Source: the human T2T-CHM13v2.0 reference genome, Homo sapiens
DNA: 64,000 bases
Direction: 5' to 3' (one strand)
Assembly (NCBI RefSeq): GCF_009914755.1
Contig: NC_060938.1
Below are positions 41,660 through 58,982 of the stretch, piece by piece (position 1 is the stretch's first letter; each line of letters begins with the position of its first letter). The notes beneath the pieces were generated by a model, which saw only the letters and a program-made list of their open reading frames with translations, ran no database searches and was not told the origin of the DNA. Both the position numbers and the translations under genes were made by a program.

Positions 41660-43690
41660 TTTTTTTAAAAAACAATTGTGGCTTTTAGTATATTCAAAGA
41701 GTTATGCAGCTATCACCATTATCTAATTTCATAACACGTTCATCACCCCAGAAAGAAACACCATACCCATTAGCAGTCACTCTCTATCCCTCTTCTTCCC
41801 ACCTGCCAGCACCCACTAATCTACTTTCAGATTTGTCTATTTTGAACATTTCATATAATCATACAATATGGGGCCTTTTGTGTCTGGCTTTTCAGTTGGT
41901 GTAATGTTTTCAAGTCTCATCCATGTTGCATCATAAATCAGTACTTCATTGCTTTTCATTGTTGAATAGTATTTCATTATATGGATACGCCACTTTTGTT
42001 TAGCCGCTCATCAGTTGATGGATGTTTGTGTTGCTTCCATTTTTGGGCTATCATGAATAATGCTTCTATGAACATTCTTTTAACAAGTTTTTGTGGACAT
42101 ACATTTTCAGATCTCTTGGGTATACACATAAGCGATATTACTGGCTCATACACTAACTTTAACTTTTGGAAGAACTGCCAAACTCTTTCCAAAGCAGCTG
42201 TACTATTTTCTGATCTCACAAGAAACATGTAAGGGTTGTGATTTTTCTTCATCCTAGCTAATACTTGTTAATTTCCATCTTTTTGATAAGAGTTATCCTA
42301 GTGGGTATAAAGTGGTACCTTTAAAGTGGTAGCGTTCAAGGTCACATCTAATAACTAAAGATGCTGAACATCTTTTCCTGGATTTATTGGCCATTTGTAT
42401 ATCCTATTTCGACAAATGTCTACTCAAATCCTTTACCCATTTAAAAAAACTGGGGTCTTCCTTTTTTAAAAACTGTTGAGTTGTAAGAGTACTTTATATA
42501 TCCTGGATCCTAGACCTTTATCAGATATGTGGTTTGCTAATATTTTCTCCCATTCTGAGGGTTGTCTTCATTTTCTTCACTGTCCTTTGAAGAACAAAAG
42601 GACTTTTCTACTTATAATGTCATGTCATTTGCAAACGGAGATAGTTTTATCTCTTCCATACTAATCTAGATGCCTTTTATTTCTTTTCTTGCTTAATTGC
42701 TCTGGCTGAAACGTACAGTACAATGCTGAACAGAAGTGGTGAGAGTGGATATCCTTGTCTTGTTCCTGATCTCAAGGAGCAGGTTTCAGTCTTTCACTAT
42801 TAAAGAATAAGTTTAGCCACAGGCTTTTTGTAGATGCCCTTTACCAGGTTGAGAAAGTTGTCTTCTGTTTCTAATTTCCCGAGTGCTTTTATTATGAAAG
42901 TATGTTGAGATTTTGTCAAATGTCTTTTCTGTATCTGAAAATCACATGATGTGTTTTTTTTTCCTTCATTCTACACATGTGGTGGATTACCTTGATTAAA
43001 AAAAAAATGTTGACCCAATCTTGTATTCCTGGATAAATCCCACTTAGTCATGGTATATAACCATTTATATATGGTGCTGGATTCAAGTTTGTTGGCATTT
43101 CATTGACATTTCTGTGGTCTCTATTCAGTAATATTTGTATAGTTTTCTTTTCCTTATGATGCTTTCATTGGTTTTTGGTATCGGGGTAATACTGGCTTCA
43201 TAGAATGAGCTGGGAAATCTTCCTTCCTCTTCCATTTTTTAGAGAGTTTGTAGAGAAGTGGTGCTAATTTTTCTCTATTTTTTTTTTAAGACACAGGATC
43301 TTACTATGTGGCCCAGGCTGAAGTGCAGTGGCTAGTCACTGGAACCGACATGTACTATAGCCTGGAACTCCTGCTTTACTTGTTACAGGTCTACTCAGAT
43401 TTTCTATTTCTTCCTCGTTACCAGATCAGTTTTCCTAGTTTGTGTCTGTCTTGGAAAGTGATTACTAAAACAGTTTTGGTAGTTTGCTTCTAGAAATTTG
43501 TCCATTTAATCTAGGTTATATACTTTGTAGCATAGAATTGTGCATAGTATTCCCTTACAATCCTTTTTATTTCTGTAAGTTTGCTGGTAGTAATGTCTCC
43601 TCCTTTATTTTTCATTTTAGTAATTTGAATCTTTTTCTCGTTTGGTCTAGTTAAAATGTTCTCAACTTTGTGGATCTTTTCAAAGAACCA
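41660..43690 (-). mobile_element. Old L1M (L1MB-like) fragments: 3'UTR and ORF2, with a FAM/FLAM fragment at about 43279-43372
   Basis: Antisense L1 3'-end and ORF2 pattern (ORF 41977..42252, AQKWKQHKHPSTDE). Confidence 0.75.
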
Positions 43691-44067
43691 GAGTAATACA
43701 TACAGATCTTCCCTATTTTACAACTGCATACTACTCCATTATATAAATAAAAGCTGTAGTTTATCAAGCCATCTCTTACTGATGAATATTTGAGTAGTTT
43801 CCTACGTGATGCTGCAATCAAAAGCCTTGTGCATGCCTCTTTTATTTTTTGCTGATTTTTTTTGGGATAGTACCTGGAAGTAGGTTTTCTGGGTCAAAGG
43901 ATAAATACATATGCAATTTTGATAGATACTGCCACATACTCGTTTTCATTGCATTCCATCAGCTGTACAAGAACATCTATTAACTACAGCCTGGCCAAAA
44001 AAAGCATGTTGTCAAATTTTGAACTTTTGCTATTGCTAATCTGATAGTTAAGAAATGACATCTGTTT

Positions 44068-44374
<307 letters not shown>

Positions 44375-44705
44375 TTAAGAGCCATTTCCTTTTCTGGGAA
44401 CTACTTGCTTATATCTTTAGCCCATTTTCCTATAAGGTGGTTGAACATATTTTTATTTTTAGAACGATTTTACATATTAAGAATCCTTCATCTGTAAGTT
44501 GAAAATGTTTCTTTCAGTTCAACTTAATTTTTCTTTGCCATATATTTTTTTTCCTAGACAATATATTTATCAATATTTTTCCTTATTTCTCGTGGATCAA
44601 GTCATAGAATAATTTTCTCTATTCCTAAGTTCTAGAAGAATTCAAACTCTCCTTTAAAAAAATCCCTAATACTTGTATAATTTCATTTCTTTTCCTTCCC
44701 CCTTC

Positions 44706-44883
44706 CTTTTTTTTTTTTTTTTTTTGGAGATGAGGTCTTGCTATGTTGCCCCAGCTGAAGTGCAGTGGCTATTCATAGGTGTGGTTATAGGGCACTACAG
44801 CCTCAAACTCCTGGGCTCAAGCGATTCTCCTGCTTCAGCCTCCCATGTAGCTAGGACTATAGGCATGTGCTACCATGTCCTGG
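44706..44883 (-). mobile_element. FAM-like (fossil Alu monomer / 7SL-like) element
   Basis: tgcagtggctattcataggtgtggttatagggcactacagcc is the 7SL/FAM-type segment. Confidence 0.75.
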
Positions 44884-45460
44884 TTTCATTTCTTTCACTT
44901 AAATGTGATCCAATTGAAATTTATCCTTGTGTGAGAAATGGATCCAATTAATTTTTTTCTATATGCAAATCTAGTTATCCCAATAGTACTTGTTGAGAAG
45001 TCTATCTTCATTTTCAGTATATTTTAAAAGACATTGCATTATAATTATGTTTATTGACTGCATATCCCCAAAGTTCGCATTTTAAGAAGCCTAGATTCTA
45101 CTTTGCCAAAATAAAGATGTGCTTCCCTTATCATCACTGAAAATAAAATGACAGCCAAAACTTTAGACTTGAAGGCAGGATTTCTTTATTATCCACAAAG
45201 TCTAAAAGTTCCTTTTTTACATCAGATAAGTAATCGCATAAACATTTTTAAAGTTTCTTTGTCATCTTTTCAAATGTTCAGTTTTAACAAATATGAGTAT
45301 ATGCAAGGAAGAACATATTTAAAAATTTCTAATATTTTTCTACCCACTCATTCAATTTTGATGGCTGTGTAGTTCTTATGTAAATCATTGTGGCATAGTA
45401 ATTAGGAAGTGGTACATGTGCTGCTGTTTGAATTTGCACACAAAAGAGTTCATTTAGATT

Positions 45461-45668
45461 AGTGGTTCTCAACCATAGACAATTTTGTACTTCGAGGGAC
45501 ACTTGGCAATGTTTGGAGATATTTTTGGTTCTAACAACTAAGGGTTTTATTTGCATCAGTGAGGAGAGGCAAGGGATACAGTTATACATCTTACAATGCA
45601 CAGGCCAGCCATCATAACAAAAAATTATCCAGTCAAAAATGTCAATAGTGATGTAGCTGGGAAACCCT
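45461..45668 (+). mobile_element. MER20 (hAT-Charlie)
   Basis: agtggttctcaacc...ggcaatgtttggagatatttttggtt...aatgtcaatagtg...gggaaaccct. Confidence 0.8.
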
Positions 45669-45839
45669 AATTTTGAGTTCTCAACTTGGAAACACTACAT
45701 CTGCTTAAAATGTTGTTTTGTTATAAAGCAAACTTACACAATCCTTCACTCCACAGGATCGCTATCATAATTCTCAAATGATTAAAAACTGATCAAACAG
45801 GTATGTCTACTGAATCATTTGGAGTACTGGAGTGACTGT

Positions 45840-45953
45840 TAAGAAAAAAAAGAAAAGGATGGAAGAAAAATGAAAAAATAATGAGGGAAGGAGAAGGGAG
45901 AGGAGGGGGATGGGGAAAAGAGGAAGAGGGAGACAGGGAGAGGGAAGAGAGAA
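45840..45953 (+). repeat. Purine-rich low-complexity tract (polypyrimidine tract on the DDHD1 sense strand)
   Basis: About 114 nt almost entirely A/G. Confidence 0.9.
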
Positions 45954-46430
45954 GTTGGATATGTTCTGGCTATACGCCCAAATTTGCCTTACTAAAAACA
46001 GTAAAATCTATTTCTTAAATATCTCATAAGAACTACTGAGACCAATGGGAGATAGAGAAAATGAGAAAAAGGAATGATTAAACAATATTATACTATACCT
46101 CAGACAATGACCCATTACTGTGCTGCTATGCATGCACAAAAATCATGATTTCAGTCCTGTTATAAGCTTATTTCAATTTCCATGTTCTCTGAGCAATGAA
46201 TGTTTACTTCATATTGTAAGAAGAGAAGATAGAGATTAATAGCATTTAAGAATTACTGTACAACTGAGGATCATTAAATAGCTGTAAAACATAAGTCTTC
46301 ATAATTCCTCTCAATTAGAAAAAAATTGGTAAACTAATTGGTTTTAAGAAAATATATGTGTGACATAAATATAGAAAAAAATAGAAAAAGATATAAATAG
46401 AAAATCATGAACAGTGATCTCCAAGATACC

Positions 46431-46877
<447 letters not shown>

Positions 46878-47959
46878 TTAAACAAACAAACAAAAAAACA
46901 AGGTCCAGAAGTCTATAGCATGCACCTTTTGTGTGGAAAAAAATTTGTGTATGCCTAAAGAAAATCTAGAAGACTCTAAATGGGGACACAAGGACAAAGG
47001 ATAATGAGGGAAGACGGGGAGAGAAATGAGAATCAGCCTTTTTACTCCATATTTTAATATTTTGTTTTGTGAACTACATGTATGTCCTGTTCAAAAAAAT
47101 AAGTTTCGTTGATATTCTTGTCACTATTGTTTATTCTCCCATTTTTTTTCTGTACTTACGGGTTTATGCCTTTTTGCTTTTTAAAATTCTTTTTTATATC
47201 ATGTTCAAAAAGGTTTCAGGAGGGAATAAGATAAGCTCATGTGTTCAACATACTGTGTTTAACTGAAAACCTCTTTATAGTCTTCTAAGATTATAGCTTT
47301 AAAATGACTAATTTAGGGTATTAGATATGCCAAGTTCTATGAAGAGTTCCCTTGTAATTAAACTCCACAAAAAGTAAATTCAATTGTATTTAAAATGCCT
47401 TCCATTTATCCCTTTTAGTAAACTAATTCTGACATTCCCAGAAGTTGTCTAAAAATTTGCTTCTCAGTCTATGTAAGCGGTAAACATATTTTTCTGGAAC
47501 AAAGGTGATTGAAGCTAGTCTGAACTAATCATTAGCAAGTTTGCTAAAATAAGGTTAAGAGGGAAAACTCTCTATTCCCAGGAATCTAAGACATGATTTA
47601 AAGAAATCCTCAGAGAACAAAAGGCTGTCAAATCAATCACAAGTACACACAAGCTTCAGGATGGCACTGATAAGGATGAAGTTTTGTATAGGCCCGAACA
47701 CTGAACTTAGGAATGACAGCAAGCAGGGAAATGGTAAGAAATCCTATGGATTTTCCCATCTTTCTCTCTTTTATTATGCAGAATTCCTTTTTATATGAAT
47801 ATTTTCCATTGATTACTAAGTTATGTGTAGAATTTTCCATCAAATTAACCTGTCTACGAAGAAATGATAGCAATGCTCCTTGTAGTGGACACTTGGGTTT
47901 TTTTTTGAGCCACCTTGGATTCATTCATCCTGCTTCCAATAATAGCTCTTGATTTTTAT

Positions 47960-48380
47960 CTGTGAATCTAGCTCTTCCTATAGTTAAGATGAAGTCAACT
48001 TCCATCTGATTCTAGGTTGGGAATATGACAAGTTTAGCCAATCATACCCTGCTTGGCTACATACATAGATTCAGGAAGTTGGATCAACATCATTAGTCAC
48101 TAGCTAATGCACAGACTAGCTGGGACTTTTGGAAAAAAGGACTTATTCTTCTTGAATTTGAACACAAGATTATATAAATCACATTTGGAATCAAAGGAGA
48201 TGTGTGATAATGGCTCCAAAATGAAGGCTATAGAGCAGATAAAACTGGATTTTGATGACTTGCTTGGCAATATGACTCCTAGACTCCTCAGTTTTATGAT
48301 TTACTAAATCCTGCTTTTGGCTTAAGCCTTTTTGGGTTAGGATTTCCCTCACCTGTACTCAAAGGAATCAAACTGATACC
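47960..48380 (+). mobile_element. Probable MaLR (MLT1-type) LTR relic
   Basis: 3' pattern taaatcctgcttttggcttaagcc...gggttaggattt is MLT1-like. Highly diverged. Confidence 0.4.
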
Positions 48381-48939
48381 TTCTTATTTATCAATGGCTC
48401 CAGAGAGAATATACAAGTAAACCTAGTTCTCAGGTTCCTAGATATTCAAGCAAAATATCTGCATACTAACATATAAATATAAACATCACGGGAAGTAATA
48501 CATAATTCATCAGAGAGTAAAATCAGGATCAGAGTGAAGAGATTTCTGTAATATAAGCTATGGACATTGAAAAGGATCAAGGTTGGCCTGGCACTATGTG
48601 ACAAGGTTTTTTCTTTAAAAAGTTGAATTGTGAGGTCTTTTCCAAGATGGTCAAATAGGAACAGCTCTGGTCTGCAGCTCCCAGCTTGATCGATGCAGAA
48701 GACAGGTGATTTCTGCATCTCCAACTGAGGTACCTGGTTCATCTCACTGGGACTGGTTGGACAGTGGGTGCAGCCCATGGAGGGCGAGCCGAAGCAGGGT
48801 GGGGCATTGCCTCACCCAGGAGGCGCAAGGGGTCTGGGGATTTCCCTTTCCTAGCCAAGGGAAGCCGTGACAGACTGTAATGGGAAAATCGAGACACTGC
48901 CACTTAAATACTGTGCTTTTCCAATGGTCTGAGCAAATG

Positions 48940-49068
48940 TCACACCAGATTATATCCCGTGCCTGGCTCAGCAGGTCCCACACCCACAGAGCCTTGCTCA
49001 TTGCTAGTGCAGCAGTATGAGATCAAACTGCTAGGCGGCAGCCTGGCTGGGGAAGGGGCATCTGCCAT
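48940..49068 (-). other. Truncated L1 ORF0 (42 aa): MADAPSPARLPPSSLISYCCTSNEQGSVGVGPAEPGTGYNLV*
   Basis: Manual translation of the antisense 5'UTR. Homologous to primate ORF0 (MAGAPPPASLPPCSLISDCC...). Confidence 0.8.
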
Positions 49069-49668
49069 TGCTGAGGCTTGAGTAGGTAAATAAAGTGGCT
49101 GGGAAGCTCAAACTGGGTGGAGCCCACTGCAGCTCAATGAGGCCCGCACACCTCTGTAGACTCCACCTCTGGGGGCAGGGCATAGCTGAACAAAAGGCAG
49201 CAGAACCTTCTGCAGGCTTAAACATCCCTGTCTGACAGCTCTGAAAAGAGCAGTGGTTCTCCCAGCACGGGGTTTCAACTCTGAGAATGGACAGATTGCC
49301 TCCTCAAGTGGGTCCCTGACCCCTATGCAGCCTAACTGGGAGACACCTCCCAGTAGGGGCCAAAAGACACCTCACACAGCCGGGTGCCCCTCTGAGACGA
49401 AGCTTCCAGAGGAATGATCAGACAGCAATAATTGCTTTTCTTCAACATTTGCTGCTCTGCAGACTCCGCTGGTAATACCCAGGCAAACAGGGTCTGGAGT
49501 GGACCTCCAGCAAACTCCAACAGACCTGCAGCTGAGGGACCTGACTGTTAGAAGGAAAACAAACAAACAGAAAGGAATAGCAGCAGCATCAACAAAAATG
49601 ACATCCACACCAAAACCCCATCTGTACGTCACCATCATCAAAGAACAAAGGTAGATAAAACCACAAAG

Positions 49669-50695
49669 ATGGGGAGAAACTACAGCAGAAAAGCTGAAAA
49701 TTCTAAAACCCAGAGCACCCCGTCTCCTCCAAAGGATCGCAGCTCCTCACCAGCAATGGAACAAAGCTGGACAGAGAATGACTTTGATGAGCTGGCAGAA
49801 GTAGGCTTCAGAAGGTTGGTAATAACAAACTTCTCTGAGCTAAAGGAGCATGTTCAAACCCATTGCAAGGAAGCTAAAAACCTTGAAAAAAGATTAGATG
49901 AATGGCTAACTAGAATAAACAGTGTAGAGAAGACCTTAAATGACCTGATGGAGCTGAAAACCATGACACGAGAACTACGTGACACATGCACAAGCTTCGG
50001 TAGCTGATTTGATCAAGGGGAAGAAAGGTTATCAGTGAATGAAGATCAAATTCATGAAATGAAGCGAAAAGAGAAGTTAAGAGAAAAAAGAGTAAAAAGA
50101 AACAAACAAAGCCTCCAAGAAATATGGGACTATGTGAAAAGACCAAATCTACGTCTGACTGGTGTACCTGAAAGTGACGGGGAGAACTGGAACCAAGCTG
50201 GAAAACACTCTTTAGGATATTATCCAGGAGAACTTCCCCAACCTAGCAAGGCAGGCCAACATTCAAATTCAGGAAATACAGAGAACACCACAAAGATACT
50301 CCTCGAGAAGAGCAACTCCAAGACACATAATTGTCAGATTCACCAAGGTTGAAATGAAGGAAAAAATGTTAAGGGCAGCCAGAGAGAAAGGTCAGGTTAC
50401 CCACAAAGGGAAGCCCATCAGACTAATGGCGGATCTCTCGGCAGAAACTCCACAAGCCAGAAGAGAGTGGGGGCCAATATTCAACATTCTTAAAGAAAAG
50501 AATTTTCAACCCAGAATCTCATATCCAGCCAAACCAAGCTTCATAAGTGAAGGAGAAATAAAATCTTTTACAGACAAGCAAGTGCTGAGAGATTCTGTCA
50601 CCCCCGGGCCTGCCTTACAAGAGCTCCTGAAGGAAGCACTAAACATGGAAAGGAACAACTGGTACCAGCCACTGCAAAAACATGCCAAATTGTAA
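49669..50695 (+). pseudogene. L1 ORF1p remnant, broken by a stop and a frameshift
   Basis: ORFs 49669..50007, 50035..50352 and 50354..50695 together give ORF1p. Confidence 0.93.
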
Positions 50696-50758
50696 AGACC
50701 ATTGATGCTGGGAAGAAACTGCAGCAATTAATGGGCAAAATAACCAGCTAACATCATA

Positions 50759-54653
<3,895 letters not shown>

Positions 54654-55768
54654 ACAATGAGAACACTTGGACACAGGGTAGGCAACATCACACACCGGGC
54701 CCCACTGGGGTGGGGGGATGGAGGAGGCATAGCATTAGGAGAAATACCTAATGTAAATGATGAGTTAATGGGTACAGCAAACCAACGTGGCACATGTATA
54801 CATATGTAACAATCCTGCAGGTTGTGCACATGTACCCTAGAACTTAAAGTATAATAAAAAAAAAAAAGTTGAATTGTATTTTAACTTTAATCCGTTAGCT
54901 GGCATTAAGAGATGTTACAATAAAAAGTGAAATAAAACTCAGCATTGCATTATTATTATAGAGGTGTTGCTGAGGACATACTTTCTGGTATCACACACTG
55001 TTTGCTTTATAAGGACTCAAGCCTTTATAAGCCTCAGAATCAAATAAACTGGGCTTGTCAACAACAGACTTGTTCTCTTGGCATCATCTATAACTGATTA
55101 TATTTTTCTTTATACTGGTTGCTAGCTCAGAGCCAAATTTGTGGTGGAACCCTTAACCCTAACATGCCCTTTCAACAAAGTTGTTAATGTTTTTGAAACA
55201 CGCAAATATCACATATACCCCTAAGACATCTTAAAAAGTTTCAGGATAAAGCTGAATATAAATAAACTAATGAGGTAAATAACCTGTCTGGTGTGTTGGT
55301 AAATAATCCACTGTTTTCCACATAAAATTCAGAGTTCAGTTTCCTTGGGTAGCAATTAATTGGATAGGTTAAGCTGCTAACTGGCTAATTCTTAGCCTTT
55401 TTAGAGTTGTGCAGCTTTGCAGTATTCTTAGTTTCTGAAGTTCAGAGAGTAAGATGTAACTTAAAACTAGATCTTCTTCTTGCTTTCAATGTTAGATTAT
55501 AAATTAACTTAATGTATTAGATTAAAAAAGGCTTCCTTATCCCTCTTCTCCATACTGTGGGGAGAAAGATCAAACATTGTCATCATCCTGTAGACATAAT
55601 CCCTCTCAAAATTTGGTCCAGATACTTGATCTATGACTTAAGAGGTATTAGAATAGTTGGCACTGGAGGAACATGCAGTGGAATTAGTATACTGTTAATA
55701 TCTCTTATACCCTGGATCAAAGTTTGGATTCTAGATTAGATATACAATGCATTCATCAAAGAACTTAC

Positions 55769-55916
55769 ATAGCTGTATTTTTGATAATTCTTCCTTGGTC
55801 CATTTTCTGCCCAATGCCATGCACAACAAATACAATATGGGTAGTCTGTGATGGCTTGTCTTCTAATGTGGCTTCTTCTACATAACCTCTATGAAGTCTG
55901 GTACCACTACTTGATG
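55769..55916 (-). CDS. DDHD1: DDHD1 coding exon, 148 nt: ASSSGTRLHRGYVEEATLEDKPSQTTHIVFVVHGIGQKMDQGRIIKNTAM
   Basis: Acceptor tttttctacag, donor gtaagt. Contains the VVHGIG motif conserved in the DDHD/SEC23IP PLA1 family. Phases fit both neighbours. Confidence 0.95.
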
Positions 55917-56545
55917 CTGTAGAAAAATTATAATTCTAAGTTTACTATTTAATCTGAGAAATAGCATTTCCACAATATGTTAAAAGAAAAAAAAGAAGTA
56001 AAAGGAATATTATGAAAAAATTTCACTGGCTGTGGGGGAGGAAATAAAAACTGTAAGAAGGTATATATTGATCAGCTGTGATATAAAGTGAACTGGACAC
56101 AACACCAAAGCCAGAAACCATAAAGAGAAAGAAATGGAAGGAAAGAAGGACAAACTGAATATATAAAAATTTAAAGCTTCTATATTATAATAAGAAAATA
56201 TCAGGAAAAAAGAAATGGCAAACTGGAAAAAAATATGCAAAATATAACACATAATTACTTAAGTATACAGAGAGAGCTTACTAATTAAAAAGTAAAGACA
56301 ACCATTCAAATAGCAAAATAAGTTAAAGTTATGGAAGGTAATTCAAAATAAATATAACTAATAAACATAAAAAGATATTCAAAGCACACTTATTGATGAA
56401 ATTAAAATTTTAAAATAGGATATAAAAATTTTATCAAACTTTAAAATTCTTTTTACATTTATTTTTTGATAATGCTCTCACATCTTTCCCAGGTATCATT
56501 CTCTCTTTTCTTTCATTTAGTCAAACTTCTCTAAACAGTTGTCAG

Positions 56546-56857
56546 GCCAGGCACTGTATTTCAAGCCTGTAACCCCAGAGCTTTGGGAGACCAAGGCGAG
56601 AGGATGGCTTGTGCCCAAAAATTTGAGACCAGCCTGGACAACACAAGGAGACTCCGTTTCTACAAAAAAATAAAAAAAATTAGCTGGGCATAGTGATGCA
56701 TCCCTGTAATCCTAGTTACTGAGGAGGCTGAGTTTGGAGGATTGCTTGAGCCCAGGAATTAGTTCCAGGTTATGATGTGCTATGATCACACCACTGTACT
56801 CCAGCCTGGGAGACAGAGTGAGACCCCATCTTAAAAATAAAAGAAGAAAAAAAAAAA
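56546..56857 (+). mobile_element. AluJ SINE inside an L2 relic
   Basis: Diverged Alu. TSD-like agttgtc. L2-like flanks at about 56470-57010. Confidence 0.88.
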
Positions 56858-57299
56858 GGAGTTGTCTATTCTCATTGCTTCCATTGCTTCACCTTCTACT
56901 TACGCTTCAACCCATGCCGATCTGGTTTCTGCCCCATCAATCCATCTAAGTCACCAGTGACCTCCAGATCACTAAATACAATGGAAAACTTTCAGTCCTC
57001 ATCTTCCTTGACACTATATTTCAACTGCCACATTTTAGGTTTAACAGCTTTTGTGCTTTTAGAAGTATAAAAGATATTTATTAATTTTGTCAAATCATTC
57101 TAAATATATAATAATTATTCCTTGATGAACACATGTCAACTCAATCAACTTAATAAAAGTTTCATTTAAAAAGGAATCTGTCACTAAATTTAATATACTT
57201 AAAACATACTAAAAACAGAATATGAATTGTCTATTTTGAATATGAGAGAAAGTCAGATTCCCAAAATTTTGATAAGCTCTAGTAATATTTAACAATTAC

Positions 57300-57428
57300 C
57301 TTTAGAAAATCCCAGTTTTTGGGTAACTGTTCTTGCAATTTTAGATGTTGTTGCATCACTATAAAGATATACTTCATCCACACTGTGCCAGTCCACATGG
57401 TTTCGACTCAACTTGAAACTATGAACAG
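57300..57428 (-). CDS. DDHD1: DDHD1 coding exon (probably exon 3), 129 nt, phase 1/1: (A)VHSFKLSRNHVDWHSVDEVYLYSDATTSKIARTVTQKLGFSK
   Basis: Manual minus-strand translation. Acceptor ttttgcaatag, donor AAG|gtaatt. Peptide recognised as DDHD1/PA-PLA1. Confidence 0.93.
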
Positions 57429-57877
57429 CTATTGCAAAAAGGAAAAGCTAATTTGAAGGTCTCCAAGACAAACTTTATTTGTTTGAAGAATTATAACACT
57501 CAGATTTTAAAATCAATATGTTATCTAAAAAACTCAGATATGGAACTTAATTCAATAAAACACTATTTCACATAAAAAAAGTTATGTGAAGCAAGTAATG
57601 GATAGGGACTTTATTTTATAAATGATTAATCCTGCTACAGGGAATGGCAACTTTTTAAACCATTGAGTTACTTAACTATCATAATTTTAACCTCTAATAT
57701 ACAGCTTCTATGTGTTTTGATAATTAACTGCTTTCCCGGGTGATGTGGCTGACTCTTCACTGGGTCTAAGGCATATATACCTCAAGCCCTCAATAGCTTT
57801 GACAGAGCAACTTAATTTCAGTTTCTTCTACTGATTTTACTAAAAATATCAAAGGATTTGTAAAAATTTCACTAAGT

Positions 57878-58181
<304 letters not shown>

Positions 58182-58403
58182 TCACTAAGTACTAGACAAA
58201 ATAAGACTCAGAGGGGAAAAAAATTTACCTTTAAACTGGGAAAAAAATAATCTATTAGAAAATGAGGTATTTTTGGAATGGATAGTAAAGCCAATAATTA
58301 TTGGATATTGCTCATCATAGCAGAAATCCAAAATTGAAAGATATTTTAGTAATACAAAATTAAGGAAATGTTTTTCTGCCATGATGTTCAAATCAGTACG
58401 GTT

Positions 58404-58982
<579 letters not shown>

